NCBI GenBank assembly: GCA_027858835.1
Contig: JAQIBY010000040.1
Span: 2,382 to 66,381, forward strand
Direction of reading: 5' to 3'
DNA length: 64,000 bases
Origin: Bacteroidales bacterium
GTDB taxonomy: Bacteria > Bacteroidota > Bacteroidia > Bacteroidales > ML635J-15
Part shown: piece after piece, positions 43,330-53,011 of the stretch
Numbering within the stretch: position 1 is the first letter of the stretch
How the letters are laid out: each line of letters begins with the position of its first letter
Notes under the pieces: generated by a model
What the model was told of the DNA's origin: nothing
The model's input: the letters and a program-made list of their open reading frames with translations, nothing else
Database searches by the model: none
Translations under genes and position numbers: made by a program

Positions 43330-46128
43330 ATGAAAAGACTTATTTTTGGAGCAATCGCTCTATTTATTACCATCAGTTTGACAGCACAAGTCAATCTGAC
43401 AGAAAAGCTTCCGTTCGACGAAAGCATAACACATGGAAAAATGGAAAACGGAATGGAATATTACATTAAATCCAATCCAAAACCCGAAAATCGTGCAGAA
43501 TTAACCTTAGTTGTTAATGCAGGTTCTGTTTTAGAAGACGAAGACCAACAGGGACTCGCCCATTTTACTGAACACATGGCATTTAACGGGACAAAAAACT
43601 TCCCGAAACACGAATTGATTAATTATTTGGAATCAACAGGGATGAAATTTGGTGCAGATGTCAATGCATACACTTCATTTGATGAAACTGTATATGGCAT
43701 TACCATTGCACTGGATGATGAAGAAATGCTGGATAAGGGGCTTCTCGTTTTACACGACTGGGCACATTTGGTTTCTTTTGAAGATGAAGAAATTGATGCA
43801 GAACGTGGAGTAATTCATGAAGAATGGCGAATGGGACAAGGTGCTCAGGATCGCATGATGCGTGAATACCTGCCAAAGATTTTTCACAATTCACAATATG
43901 CAAATCGGCTCCCAATAGGCACAATGGAAGTTGTTGACAATTGTGAACACGAAGCTTTGCGTCGCTTTTATCAAGAATGGTATCGTCCTGATTTAATGGC
44001 AGTCGTTGTCGTTGGAGATTTCGACCAAGCTGAAATGGAACAAAGGGTAAAAGATTTATTCTCTAAAATTCCTACTAGAGAAAATCCCAGTAAACGAAAA
44101 ATGTTTGACATTCCTGACCACAAAGAAGCCCTTGTATCCATAGCATCTGACCCTGAGGCGCCTATGTCAATGATACAAATGTACACCAAGCTTCCATTAA
44201 TGAAATTGGAAACTGTCAATGATTACAAAGAACAAATTGTATCTACATTAATCAGCAGCATACTTAGTAGTCGTTTAAGTGAATTAACCCGTTTAGAAAA
44301 TCCTCCGTTCATGCAAGGATATGCGGCTCACACAAATTTCATTGGACCAAAATCAATTTACATGAATATCGGTATTGCGCAAAACAATGATGTGATGGGT
44401 GCTATGGAGGCTTTAGTAAAAGAAAACCAGCGTGCAAAACAACATGGTTTTACAGAAACTGAGCTTGAGCGTGAAAAATCATCCTTATTAAAACAAATGG
44501 AAAAGGCGTACAATGAACGCAACAAACGGAAATCATCCGAAATTGTAAACGAATTAAAAGCACATTATCTGTTTCCACACAATCCAGTGCCGGGAATAGA
44601 ATACGAATATGAACTTTACAATGAGTTAATCCCAATGATTACCTTGGAAGACGTTAATGAAAAGATGGAAACTTTCATTAAAAAAGAAAACACGGTTATT
44701 GTTGCCATGCTTCCTGAAAAAGAAGGCATTGAAATTCCAACCGAAGAAGAAGTATTGGCTAAATACGATGAGTTTAATAAGGTAGAAGTTGAAGCATATG
44801 TTGACAAAGTAAATACTAAACCACTGATATCTAATCTGCCGGAACCAAAACCCGTTGTAAAAGCATCTCAAGATAAAAAACTGGATTATACAGTTTGGGA
44901 ATTTGAAAACGGCGTTCGTATTGTGATTAAAGAAACGAACTTTAAGGATGATGAAATTCTCTTTAAAGCAAAATCCTACGGTGGAGCCTCATTATACGAT
45001 CAAAAAGATGACATTTCATTGGATATTGCGACTGATGTTGCGATGGAATCCGGCTTAGGGAATTACGATCGGACAGAATTAGATCGCTTTCTGTCGGATA
45101 AAAATGTGAACTTAAGCCCTTATATTGGAGAAACCAGTGAAGGATTGAATGGAAAAACATCTGTGGAAGATTTAGAAACACTTCTTCAAATGATTTATGC
45201 TTCATTTACATCTCCGAGGGTTACAGAAACTGCATTTAATTCGTACATTAACAAAACCAAAGCCTTACTTGAAAATCAATCATTAGATCCACAAAGCGTT
45301 TGGCAAGACAGCATCCGCACTATCATGGCATCAAACCATCCACGTCGTCGGGTATTAACGCCTGAATTGCTTGATGAAGCTGAATATAAACGTATTAATT
45401 ACATCCTCAAAACCCGTTTCGGAGATCCCGGGAATTTCACATTCTACTTCACTGGAAACATCAATCCTGAGGAAGTTAAACCACTATTTGAAAAATACCT
45501 GGGTGGCTTAGCAAAAGTAAACCGTGAAGAAAATTGGAAAGACCTCGGCATAGTAGCGCCAAAAGGCATTGTTGACAAAACCGTTTACAAAGGCGAAGAC
45601 GAAAAAACCATGATTGTTATTAATTTCCATGGAAAAATGGATTATACCGTTAATGACAGGTTAGAATTAGAGGCGATTTCTTCTATATTATCTACGAAAC
45701 TTCTTGAAGAAATTCGTGAGGAAAAATCAGGCGTTTATACAGTAGGTGCTTATCCAAATGCAAGCCGTATCCCTGATGAAGAGTTTGGAGTAACAATCTT
45801 CTTCTCATGCGACCCTGTAAGAATTGATGAACTAACAAAAGGTATTTTTGCTGAGATTAAAAAACTCCAGGAAAACGGTCCAAGCGAAGTGGATTTGAAT
45901 AAAGCAATTCAAAAACAAAGCCGTGAACTTGAAACCAGCCTGAAAGAAAACCGTTTCTGGATGAGAAAATTGGAAGAGGTAAATGACGGAAGCATGAAAA
46001 CTAAAGATGTATTAAGTTACCAGAAATATATTGATAAGCTGAATGCAAAAGACCTGCAAGAAGCTGCTGTAAAATATTTTGATATGAACAATTATGTTCG
46101 TGTTGTACTCAAACCGGAACAGAACTAA
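43330..46128 (+). CDS. M16 family (pitrilysin/insulinase-like) zinc peptidase, double-length
   Basis: The internal ATG at 43330 gives MKRLIFGAIALFITISLTAQ (signal peptide). It has the inverted zinc motif HFTEHMAFNG (HxxEH). At about 930 aa it holds two M16 halves. Confidence 0.9.
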   Translation: MKRLIFGAIALFITISLTAQVNLTEKLPFDESITHGKMENGMEYYIKSNPKPENRAELTLVVNAGSVLEDEDQQGLAHFTEHMAFNGTKNFPKHELINYLESTGMKFGADVNAYTSFDETVYGITIALDDEEMLDKGLLVLHDWAHLVSFEDEEIDAERGVIHEEWRMGQGAQDRMMREYLPKIFHNSQYANRLPIGTMEVVDNCEHEALRRFYQEWYRPDLMAVVVVGDFDQAEMEQRVKDLFSKIPTRENPSKRKMFDIPDHKEALVSIASDPEAPMSMIQMYTKLPLMKLETVNDYKEQIVSTLISSILSSRLSELTRLENPPFMQGYAAHTNFIGPKSIYMNIGIAQNNDVMGAMEALVKENQRAKQHGFTETELEREKSSLLKQMEKAYNERNKRKSSEIVNELKAHYLFPHNPVPGIEYEYELYNELIPMITLEDVNEKMETFIKKENTVIVAMLPEKEGIEIPTEEEVLAKYDEFNKVEVEAYVDKVNTKPLISNLPEPKPVVKASQDKKLDYTVWEFENGVRIVIKETNFKDDEILFKAKSYGGASLYDQKDDISLDIATDVAMESGLGNYDRTELDRFLSDKNVNLSPYIGETSEGLNGKTSVEDLETLLQMIYASFTSPRVTETAFNSYINKTKALLENQSLDPQSVWQDSIRTIMASNHPRRRVLTPELLDEAEYKRINYILKTRFGDPGNFTFYFTGNINPEEVKPLFEKYLGGLAKVNREENWKDLGIVAPKGIVDKTVYKGEDEKTMIVINFHGKMDYTVNDRLELEAISSILSTKLLEEIREEKSGVYTVGAYPNASRIPDEEFGVTIFFSCDPVRIDELTKGIFAEIKKLQENGPSEVDLNKAIQKQSRELETSLKENRFWMRKLEEVNDGSMKTKDVLSYQKYIDKLNAKDLQEAAVKYFDMNNYVRVVLKPEQN

Positions 46129-46148
46129 GCTTCTTTTTGGTTTATTTG

Positions 46149-46183
46149 AAAAACTGCTGCAGATTTCTGTGGCAGTTTTTTTT
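46149..46183 (+). terminator. Terminator after the M16 peptidase gene
   Basis: aaactgc...gcagttt stem followed by a T-run. Confidence 0.5.
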
Positions 46184-46457
46184 GCGTTATACACGAGTAG
46201 TATAATCAACAATTTAATGGTACATCGTCTGCAAAGCAACTAATACAAATTGTGTTTCAAGATGATTGATAAAGAAATTCTGAAACTACCTATTCCTGTT
46301 CCGAATTCATTTCGGAAGTTTATGCCGATATTATACCACTTTAAAATCAAATATTTCGGTATAATGCCGATGTAGATTAAAGCTGACAACTATCACAGCC
46401 TCACAAAGCTCATCGGCTAAAATGGATGTTTTAATAAGTTTTCCGGACGATACTACC

Positions 46458-47249
46458 CTATTTTCTGATCTCAATTTCAGCAACTTTGTCATCCCAGCTG
46501 AGGTAATACATTCCATCTTTCAGCTCAGCAACATCAATCATTGCGCCACCACCAAAACGAATTCTTTCACCAAACTCATTATACAACTCATAAAGTGTTT
46601 CTGCAGAAAATTCGATTTTATCTTTCGCCCGCTTTTTTGTCAGTAATTTAACCTCATCAATTTCAAGATGAAGCGACATGGTATCTGAATAAGAAATTCT
46701 ATCGAGATGATCGATTTGTTTTAAACGGAATAAATTTGTCCCATTATGGGGATATATTTTTACTCTATAATCATTGTTTTCCGGCCCTCCGATGCCATCA
46801 ATCTCATCAATTTGCACCCATTTTCCCCAACGAAATTGCTCAACAAAAAACGGAATTCGGCTTGCTTCCATTGTTGTCTCAAAAACCAAATAACCATCTT
46901 GCATTCTGTGACCTAGAAGCTCGTATGTGCTGAGCGGCTTAAGTACTTCCGGATTTATAACTAAGGGCGCACAATTGCTTTCATGCGTAAAAACGATATC
47001 AATTTTTTCACCAAGCTCAATATCCATGCGATCTAAGGAAATTACAAAGGCACTTGACCGTATTTCATCCGGAATATTTTCACCGTTAACAGTTACATTG
47101 GTAATGCAAAAAATGCCCTGTGTATCATTGAGCAGTGAGTTTTGCACAAACAAGTTTTTCCCATGATAAATCCCACTCATTTCCAACTCTGTCGCAAAAA
47201 TTGAACTAAAGACAAAAAGGCCAAGAAATAGAAAAACAATCTTCTTCAT
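46458..47249 (-). CDS. Hypothetical secreted protein
   Basis: 263 aa with a signal peptide. No family recognised. The C-terminus (GMYYLSWDDKVAEIEIRK) is loosely T9SS-CTD-like. Confidence 0.55.
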   Translation of the reverse strand: MKKIVFLFLGLFVFSSIFATELEMSGIYHGKNLFVQNSLLNDTQGIFCITNVTVNGENIPDEIRSSAFVISLDRMDIELGEKIDIVFTHESNCAPLVINPEVLKPLSTYELLGHRMQDGYLVFETTMEASRIPFFVEQFRWGKWVQIDEIDGIGGPENNDYRVKIYPHNGTNLFRLKQIDHLDRISYSDTMSLHLEIDEVKLLTKKRAKDKIEFSAETLYELYNEFGERIRFGGGAMIDVAELKDGMYYLSWDDKVAEIEIRK

Positions 47250-47337
47250 AACAAAATGGTATTGCTAGTTTGTAACAAATTTAATAAATATCGGCATTAC
47301 AGCAAGAATTAATCCAAAAATTTATTTGCGAATCATT

Positions 47338-47679
47338 TTATTCATGCAAAATCTCCCAATATTCAACAGCACGTCTAAGGTGGGGAATCACAATCGTACC
47401 GCCAACAAGATTTGATACTGACATCGCTTCCATAATTTCTTCAGTTGAAATTTTCAAATCAGCACATTGCTCAAGATGATATTTCACACAATCGTCGCAA
47501 CGTAGTACCAGGGAGGTTGTAAGCCCAATCAGCTCTTTCGTTTTTAAACTCAAAGCCCCTTCTTTATATGTGTTTGTATCCAGATTAAAAATGCGTTTAA
47601 TCACCAAATTATCCTTTTCAAGAATTTTTTCGTTCATGCGCTTTCTGTAATCGCGAAATTCATTAATCTTTTCATTCAT
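47338..47679 (-). CDS. Carboxymuconolactone decarboxylase / AhpD-like family protein (CxxC)
   Basis: 113 aa with the AhpD-core motif LVLRCDDCVKYH (CxxCxxxH). It starts 2 nt after the miaB stop. Confidence 0.8.
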   Translation of the reverse strand: MNEKINEFRDYRKRMNEKILEKDNLVIKRIFNLDTNTYKEGALSLKTKELIGLTTSLVLRCDDCVKYHLEQCADLKISTEEIMEAMSVSNLVGGTIVIPHLRRAVEYWEILHE

Positions 47680-47681
47680 AA

Positions 47682-49007
47682 TTATGAAATTTTAGTGCCA
47701 AAAAGGGTTGCAGAGGTATAATCATTCACTGTAACAGGTACGAAATCACCAATTTTTTCACCCGTATCAGGAATAATTACTACTTTATTTTGACAAGTTC
47801 GACCGAAAATTTCTGTTTCTGAGCGTTTGGATTTTCCTTCAATTAATATCCGAAATGATTTTCCCACATCACGCTGATTGCTTTCCAAAGACAATTGATT
47901 TTGCAAGGTGATAAGTTCGTTCAATCGGCGTATTTTTATTGCTTCTGGCACATCATCATCCAGATGTTTTGCTGCGTAAGTACCTTCGCGTTCTGAATAT
48001 TTAAACATAAATGCAGCATCGAAACCAACTTGTTTCATCACATCCAAACTTTGCTGATGATCGGCTTCCATTTCACCGCAAAATCCGGCAAAAATATCAG
48101 TAGTAATGCCACAATCAGGAATTAACTCACGAATTTTTTGAATTCTATCCAAATACCACTCTAGCGTGTATTTTCGGTTCATACGCTTAAGCACCTCATT
48201 ACTACCGGATTGTATCGGCAAGTGAATGTGATTACAAATATTGTCATGATTTGCAATGCACTCAATCAGTTCATCAGAAATATCTTTTGGATGTGATGTT
48301 GTAAAACGGATTCGTAAATCAGGAAACCGAGTTGCCGTTAAAGCAAGCAATTTTGGGAAATCAATACTTTCCGTAGATGTTGTGTAATTGTATGAATTTA
48401 CATTTTGACCCAGTAAAGTAATTTCCCGATATCCGTTTTCCTGCAAATCCTGCACTTCATTCATAATGTCTGAAACCTTTCTACTCCGCTCCCGTCCTCT
48501 TGTGTAAGGGACAATGCAATAAGAGCAAAAATTATTACATCCGCGAGTAATTGAAACAAATCCGCTGATTTTTGCATTGTTAATGCGCGTCGGCAAAATG
48601 GCCTCATAAGTTTCTGTCAAACTCAATTCAGTGTCAGCCTGAAATCCTGACTCATCAATTGACTTAAGTAAATTAGGTATATTTCGATAGGCATCCGGGC
48701 CGGCAATAAAATCTACCACGCCGGTTTGTTTAAAATCGTTTCCGATATGCTGTGCCATGCATCCGATTACGCCAAGTTTCAGATTTCTATTTTTACGTTT
48801 GATGCCTTTAAAATGCTGTAATTTATTCCAAATGCGTTTTTCTGCATTTTCGCGCACTGCACAAGTATTAAACAAGTATAAATCAGCCTCGTCAGGATTT
48901 ATTGTTAATTCATAATTTTCATCTTTCAAAATACTGGCGACCACTTCTGAATCCGCAATATTCATTTGACATCCAAAGGTTTCGATATAAAGTTTTTTCA
49001 TTTTCAT
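47682..49007 (-). CDS. miaB: tRNA-2-methylthio-N6-dimethylallyladenosine synthase (radical SAM methylthiotransferase)
   Basis: 441 aa. N-terminal YIETFGCQMNIADSE, radical-SAM CNNFCSYC, and a C-terminal TRAM-like domain. Confidence 0.9.
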   Translation of the reverse strand: MKMKKLYIETFGCQMNIADSEVVASILKDENYELTINPDEADLYLFNTCAVRENAEKRIWNKLQHFKGIKRKNRNLKLGVIGCMAQHIGNDFKQTGVVDFIAGPDAYRNIPNLLKSIDESGFQADTELSLTETYEAILPTRINNAKISGFVSITRGCNNFCSYCIVPYTRGRERSRKVSDIMNEVQDLQENGYREITLLGQNVNSYNYTTSTESIDFPKLLALTATRFPDLRIRFTTSHPKDISDELIECIANHDNICNHIHLPIQSGSNEVLKRMNRKYTLEWYLDRIQKIRELIPDCGITTDIFAGFCGEMEADHQQSLDVMKQVGFDAAFMFKYSEREGTYAAKHLDDDVPEAIKIRRLNELITLQNQLSLESNQRDVGKSFRILIEGKSKRSETEIFGRTCQNKVVIIPDTGEKIGDFVPVTVNDYTSATLFGTKIS

Positions 49008-49082
49008 TCAGCAAAAATACAATTAAGGGAATGAATAATTCGAAAGAATGTGAGAAAAATTAAAATCCTTTAAAATTCCCGC

Positions 49083-49090
49083 TATTTTTG
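49083..49090 (+). promoter_or_regulatory. -7 promoter box (TATTTTTG) upstream of yebC
   Basis: Lies 39 nt upstream of the ATG at 49130. Confidence 0.35.
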
Positions 49091-49129
49091 TATTTTTATC
49101 GTTTAAAGTCAAATATAAAATTTTAGCAT

Positions 49130-49873
49130 ATGTCAGGACACAGTAAATGGTCAACAATTAAACGCAAAAAAGGCGCATTGGATGCAAAACGCTCCAAAAT
49201 ATTCTCACGACTGGCGAAGGAGATTACGATTGCTGCTCGTGATGGCGGTTCAGATATTGAAATGAATCCACGGCTGCGTTCAGCTGTACAAAATGCCAAG
49301 GCGCAAAACATGCCTAAGGATAATATTGAGCGGGCAGTAAGCAAAGCAAACTCCGATGATGCTGCCCTTCAGGAAAACACCTTTGAAGGATACGGAACCA
49401 GCGGTGTTGCAGTTTTTGTTGAGTGTTTGTCAGACAATAACAACCGTACCGTAAGTAACGTACGAGCAATATACACTAAATACAATGGTAGCTTGGGGAA
49501 AAACGGCTCGCTAAGCTTTCTTTTTGATCGAAAAGGAGTTTTTACGATTCCACGAGGCGATTGGGATTTGGAAGAATTAGAACTCGAGTTAATTGATGCC
49601 GGGGTTGAAGAAATTGAAGAAGCCGGAGATGTATTGATGATTTACTGTCCCCTGGAATCATTCGGCGACATGCAAGCAAAACTGGAAGCCATGGATATTG
49701 AACCGGAAAACTCTGTCCTTCAGCGCATCCCAAACAACACACAAAAAGTAGATGTGGATACAGCGAAAACCATTTTAAAAATGATTGATGCCTTTGAAGA
49801 TGATGATGATGTTCAGAATGTTTTTCACAATATGGAAATGACTGACGAAATCATGGAAGCCCTTGAGGAATAA
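49130..49873 (+). CDS. yebC: YebC/PmpR family DNA-binding transcriptional regulator
   Basis: 247 aa. MSGHSKWSTIKRKKGALDAKRSKIFSRLAKEI is the canonical N-terminus. Confidence 0.9.
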   Translation: MSGHSKWSTIKRKKGALDAKRSKIFSRLAKEITIAARDGGSDIEMNPRLRSAVQNAKAQNMPKDNIERAVSKANSDDAALQENTFEGYGTSGVAVFVECLSDNNNRTVSNVRAIYTKYNGSLGKNGSLSFLFDRKGVFTIPRGDWDLEELELELIDAGVEEIEEAGDVLMIYCPLESFGDMQAKLEAMDIEPENSVLQRIPNNTQKVDVDTAKTILKMIDAFEDDDDVQNVFHNMEMTDEIMEALEE

Positions 49874-49892
49874 AGGATAAGGATAAAATATT

Positions 49893-49925
49893 AATTCCGG
49901 AATTTCGATTTCGGAATTTTTTTTT
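49893..49925 (+). terminator. Rho-independent terminator after yebC
   Basis: aattccg...cggaatt 7-bp stem followed by a run of Ts. Confidence 0.6.
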
Positions 49926-50007
49926 GAAAAATATGATAAATAATTTGCAAAAATTAAAGATTTGGATTTTCTTTGCAGTCCCTAAAACAAAAATTAGGAA
50001 ACGCAAT

Positions 50008-50079
50008 GGTCCGTTCGTCTAGGGGTTAGGACGCCAGGTTTTCATCCTGGTAACAGGGGTTCGATTCCCCTACGGACTA
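50008..50079 (+). tRNA. tRNA-Glu (anticodon UUC)
   Basis: GGTCCGT acceptor stem pairs with ACGGACT (G1-U72 wobble). Anticodon stem CCAGG/CCTGG, loop TTTTCAT, T-arm AGGGG-TTCGATT-CCCCT. Confidence 0.9.
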
Positions 50080-50088
50080 CAAGAAAAA

Positions 50089-50117
50089 CCTTCAACTAAT
50101 TTAGTTGAAGGTTTTTC
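50089..50117 (+). terminator. Rho-independent terminator of tRNA-Glu
   Basis: ccttcaacta-att-tagttgaagg (10-bp perfect stem) followed by tttttc. Confidence 0.8.
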
Positions 50118-50354
50118 TTTTTCCACTCCGAAATTCTGCCTCCAACGCAATACTCGCCAGAAATTTCCAGACTCAAGGTTTCAGTTTCCGGCACAAGCCA
50201 TCACTCAGTGAAATTCTCGCCCCATCGCAAATTACGCCCTCGCACCAACCGCCTCATCGTCCCACCGCCCTACCGCGACCACGCCTCACCGCAACTATCA
50301 ACATTCACATTTTACAAAAAACAAAAAGAAACTTTGAAAGAAGAAAAAAAAGAC

Positions 50355-50362
50355 TAAATTTG
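50355..50362 (+). promoter_or_regulatory. -7 promoter box (TAAATTTG) immediately upstream of clpS
   Basis: Ends only 5 nt before the ATG at 50368, implying a leaderless or near-leaderless mRNA if it is functional. Confidence 0.35.
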
Positions 50363-50367
50363 TTGAT

Positions 50368-50649
50368 ATGGTGAAAAAGGCAAAAGAAAATATCAATCCG
50401 GCAAAAGATAAGCTGTCTTCATCAGATAAAAAACATGTCATAGTGCTGTTTAATGATGATTTCAACAGCTTTGATTATGTTATTGAATGCCTCGTTGAAG
50501 TTTGCGATCATGACATGACACAGGCAGAACAATGTGCATTTATTACACATTACAACGGCAAATGTGACGTAAAAAATGGAAACGTTTCAAAGCTAAAGCC
50601 ACTGAAAGACAGATTAATTGAAAAAGGATTAAATGTAAATATTCAATAA
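50368..50649 (+). CDS. clpS: ATP-dependent Clp protease adaptor ClpS
   Basis: 93 aa. VIVLFNDDFNSFDYVIECLVEVCDHDMTQAEQCAFITHYNGK is the ClpS core. Confidence 0.85.
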   Translation: MVKKAKENINPAKDKLSSSDKKHVIVLFNDDFNSFDYVIECLVEVCDHDMTQAEQCAFITHYNGKCDVKNGNVSKLKPLKDRLIEKGLNVNIQ

Positions 50650-51117
50650 ATGGGAATCGGAGCAATTATATTTCTGATTGTGTTGGGCTTATTGCTCATC
50701 TGGCTTGAAGTGCTAGTAATACCGGGAACAACAATTTTCGGTATCGGCGGTATTATTCTAATGGGAGGAGGAGTATTTTTGGCATTTGATCAACACGGAA
50801 CAAGTGTTGGTGTCTGGGTTTTGCTTGCCTCATTAGGATTACTAATCCTGTCAATCGTCTTTTTCCTGAAATCAAACACGTGGAAACGTTTGTCACTGAA
50901 TTCCAGTATGAATTCAAAAGTGGAATATTTTAAAGAAGACAGCATAAAACCCGGAGACAGCGCAAAAACAATCACTCGCCTCGCTCCTATGGGAAAAGTT
51001 CGTGTCGGAGAAGTTGATGTTGATGCAGAATCACTCAGCGGACTTATTGATCCCGGAACAGAAGTCACTGTCACTGAGGTGTTAAAGTATAAAATATATG
51101 TAAAACTTAAAAAATAA
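50650..51117 (+). CDS. NfeD family membrane protein
   Basis: 155 aa. Three N-terminal TM helices and a C-terminal OB-fold-like domain ([27 protein letters not shown]). The ATG directly abuts the clpS stop. Confidence 0.75.
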   Translation: MGIGAIIFLIVLGLLLIWLEVLVIPGTTIFGIGGIILMGGGVFLAFDQHGTSVGVWVLLASLGLLILSIVFFLKSNTWKRLSLNSSMNSKVEYFKEDSIKPGDSAKTITRLAPMGKVRVGEVDVDAESLSGLIDPGTEVTVTEVLKYKIYVKLKK

Positions 51118-51122
51118 ATTCT

Positions 51123-52103
51123 ATGGGTACAATTGGTTATGTAGTAATTATTGGCGGAGCCATTATCTTTCTTTGGCTTTTTTTATATCTTATTCCACTG
51201 GGTTTGTGGTTTCAAGCGCTGGTTTCAGGCGTTAGAATCTCACTGCTCCAGTTAATTTTCATGCGTTGGAGAAAAGTGCCACCTGCGATAATTGTTCGTG
51301 CGATGATTGAAGCAACCAAAGCTGGATTAAGCTTGGGAAGAGACGATCTCGAAGCACACTATCTTGCCGGAGGACACATAGAAAAAGTGGTTCATGCACT
51401 GGTTTCTGCATCCAAAGCAAATATTGATTTGCCGTTCAAAATGGCAACTGCAATTGATTTGGCAGGTAGAGATGTTTTTGAAGCCGTGCAGATGTCTGTA
51501 AATCCCAAGGTGATTAACACACCTCCGGTTGCAGCAGTAGCTCTGGATGGAATTCAGGTAATTGCAAAAGCCAGAGTAACTGTGCGTGCAAACATCAAAC
51601 AACTCGTTGGTGGTGCTGGTGAAGAAACCGTACTTGCGCGTGTAGGTGAAGGAATTGTTTCCTCTATCGGATCGTCTAAAACACACAAAGTTGTGCTTGA
51701 AAATCCGGATAATATCTCACGTGTAGTCCTTTCTAAAGGATTAGATGCCGGAACTGCATTTGAAATTCTTTCCATTGATATTGCTGATATTGATATCGGT
51801 AAAAATATTGGAGCAGGTCTGCAAACGGACCAAGCGGATGCCGACCTTAAAGTTGCTCAGGCCAAAGCAGAAGAGCGCCGTGCAATGGCAGTTGCCAATG
51901 AACAGGAAATGAAAGCCCTGTCACAAGAAAAAAGAGCTCGTGTAATTGAGGCAGAAGCCGAAATTCCTAAAGCAATGGCAGATGCATTCCGTAGTGGAAA
52001 TCTCGGTATTATGGATTATTACAAAATGAAAAACATTCAGTCTGATACATCCATGAGAGACAGCATATCAGGCGATGATAATAAGAAAAAAGACAATAAA
52101 TAA
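51123..52103 (+). CDS. floA: Flotillin-like protein FloA (UPF0365/YqfA family, SPFH-related)
   Basis: 326 aa. N-terminal [27 protein letters not shown], and an EA-rich coiled-coil tail. Classic NfeD-FloA pairing. Confidence 0.85.
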   Translation: MGTIGYVVIIGGAIIFLWLFLYLIPLGLWFQALVSGVRISLLQLIFMRWRKVPPAIIVRAMIEATKAGLSLGRDDLEAHYLAGGHIEKVVHALVSASKANIDLPFKMATAIDLAGRDVFEAVQMSVNPKVINTPPVAAVALDGIQVIAKARVTVRANIKQLVGGAGEETVLARVGEGIVSSIGSSKTHKVVLENPDNISRVVLSKGLDAGTAFEILSIDIADIDIGKNIGAGLQTDQADADLKVAQAKAEERRAMAVANEQEMKALSQEKRARVIEAEAEIPKAMADAFRSGNLGIMDYYKMKNIQSDTSMRDSISGDDNKKKDNK

Positions 52104-52126
52104 CACTTGATAATCATATTGAAAAA

Positions 52127-52161
52127 GGGAAAGTTTCACTCGAAACTTTCCCTTTTTTTTT
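52127..52161. terminator. Bidirectional Rho-independent terminator between floA and comF
   Basis: gggaaagtttc-actc-gaaactttccc (11-bp perfect stem) flanked by an A-run and a T9 run. Confidence 0.8.
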
Positions 52162-52182
52162 GATTGAATTTTATTCTACATA

Positions 52183-52890
52183 TTATCCCGCAGATGCAAA
52201 ACCTAAACTCGCAATGCTGACTTTTACTCCCTTAACTTTCAACAAACGCTGCGCACATGCTTCAATAGTTGCTCCGGTTGTAATTACATCATCAATTAAA
52301 AGAATATGCTTGTTTTCAAACAAAGATTCATCTTTAACCTGAAACACTTCTGCAACATTTTCCCAACGGTCAAATCTGCCTTTTTTTGTTTGTGTCGTTG
52401 TTGCTACCGCACGGTAAAAGTTTTCGGCATCCATCGGCACTTTTAGTGTTTCATTCATTCCTTCGCCGATTTTTTCTGCTTGATTGTACCCGCGTGTTTT
52501 ATACCTATCAGGATGTAAGGGAACGGGGACGATATAATCAAGGTCGTCAAACAATCCTGAGGAATAAAGCTCAGAACCCAGTTCTTTACCTAGAAACACA
52601 CCAATGTCAGGGCGCTTTTGATATTTTAACTTATGAATTAATTTTCTGTATTTGCTTCCTTTGACAAAATGCATGAGAGAAGTTATATATTCAATTGGGA
52701 TACGTCCCCAAAACACTTGCGCAAGCTCACTTTCCTTGTCCTTATGAAAACCGGTTCGCGGAAGTTTCACTAAGCAAGATGTACACAATATCGTTTCCTG
52801 CTGCCGCAGACTTTGTCCACAAGCATCACAAATTTTCGGGTAAAAAAGAAACCAGAAATCCTGCCAAATATTTAATAGCAAACGCCTCAT
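52183..52890 (-). CDS. comF: ComF family protein (phosphoribosyltransferase domain)
   Basis: 235 aa. N-terminal CDAC...CTSC zinc-finger-like motif and the PRTase motif ILLIDDVITTGATIEAC. Confidence 0.8.
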   Translation of the reverse strand: MRRLLLNIWQDFWFLFYPKICDACGQSLRQQETILCTSCLVKLPRTGFHKDKESELAQVFWGRIPIEYITSLMHFVKGSKYRKLIHKLKYQKRPDIGVFLGKELGSELYSSGLFDDLDYIVPVPLHPDRYKTRGYNQAEKIGEGMNETLKVPMDAENFYRAVATTTQTKKGRFDRWENVAEVFQVKDESLFENKHILLIDDVITTGATIEACAQRLLKVKGVKVSIASLGFASAG

Positions 52891-53011
52891 GATTTGACGA
52901 ATTTAGTGATTATTTTTAAACATCACAGTGAAATTTCACAGAAGATTTATGGAATTTGTTTGATAAGCGCATCCAATTACCAAAATTTGTTTAACCAAAA
53001 TCTTTATCATC

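Noticed and set aside
50105-50374. An 89-aa ORF across the C-rich tract, ending inside clpS
   Set aside because: It starts at a TTG inside the tRNA-Glu terminator stem. Its Pro/Arg/Thr-rich composition simply mirrors the C-rich DNA. I treated it as non-coding (see the finding on 50118-50310).
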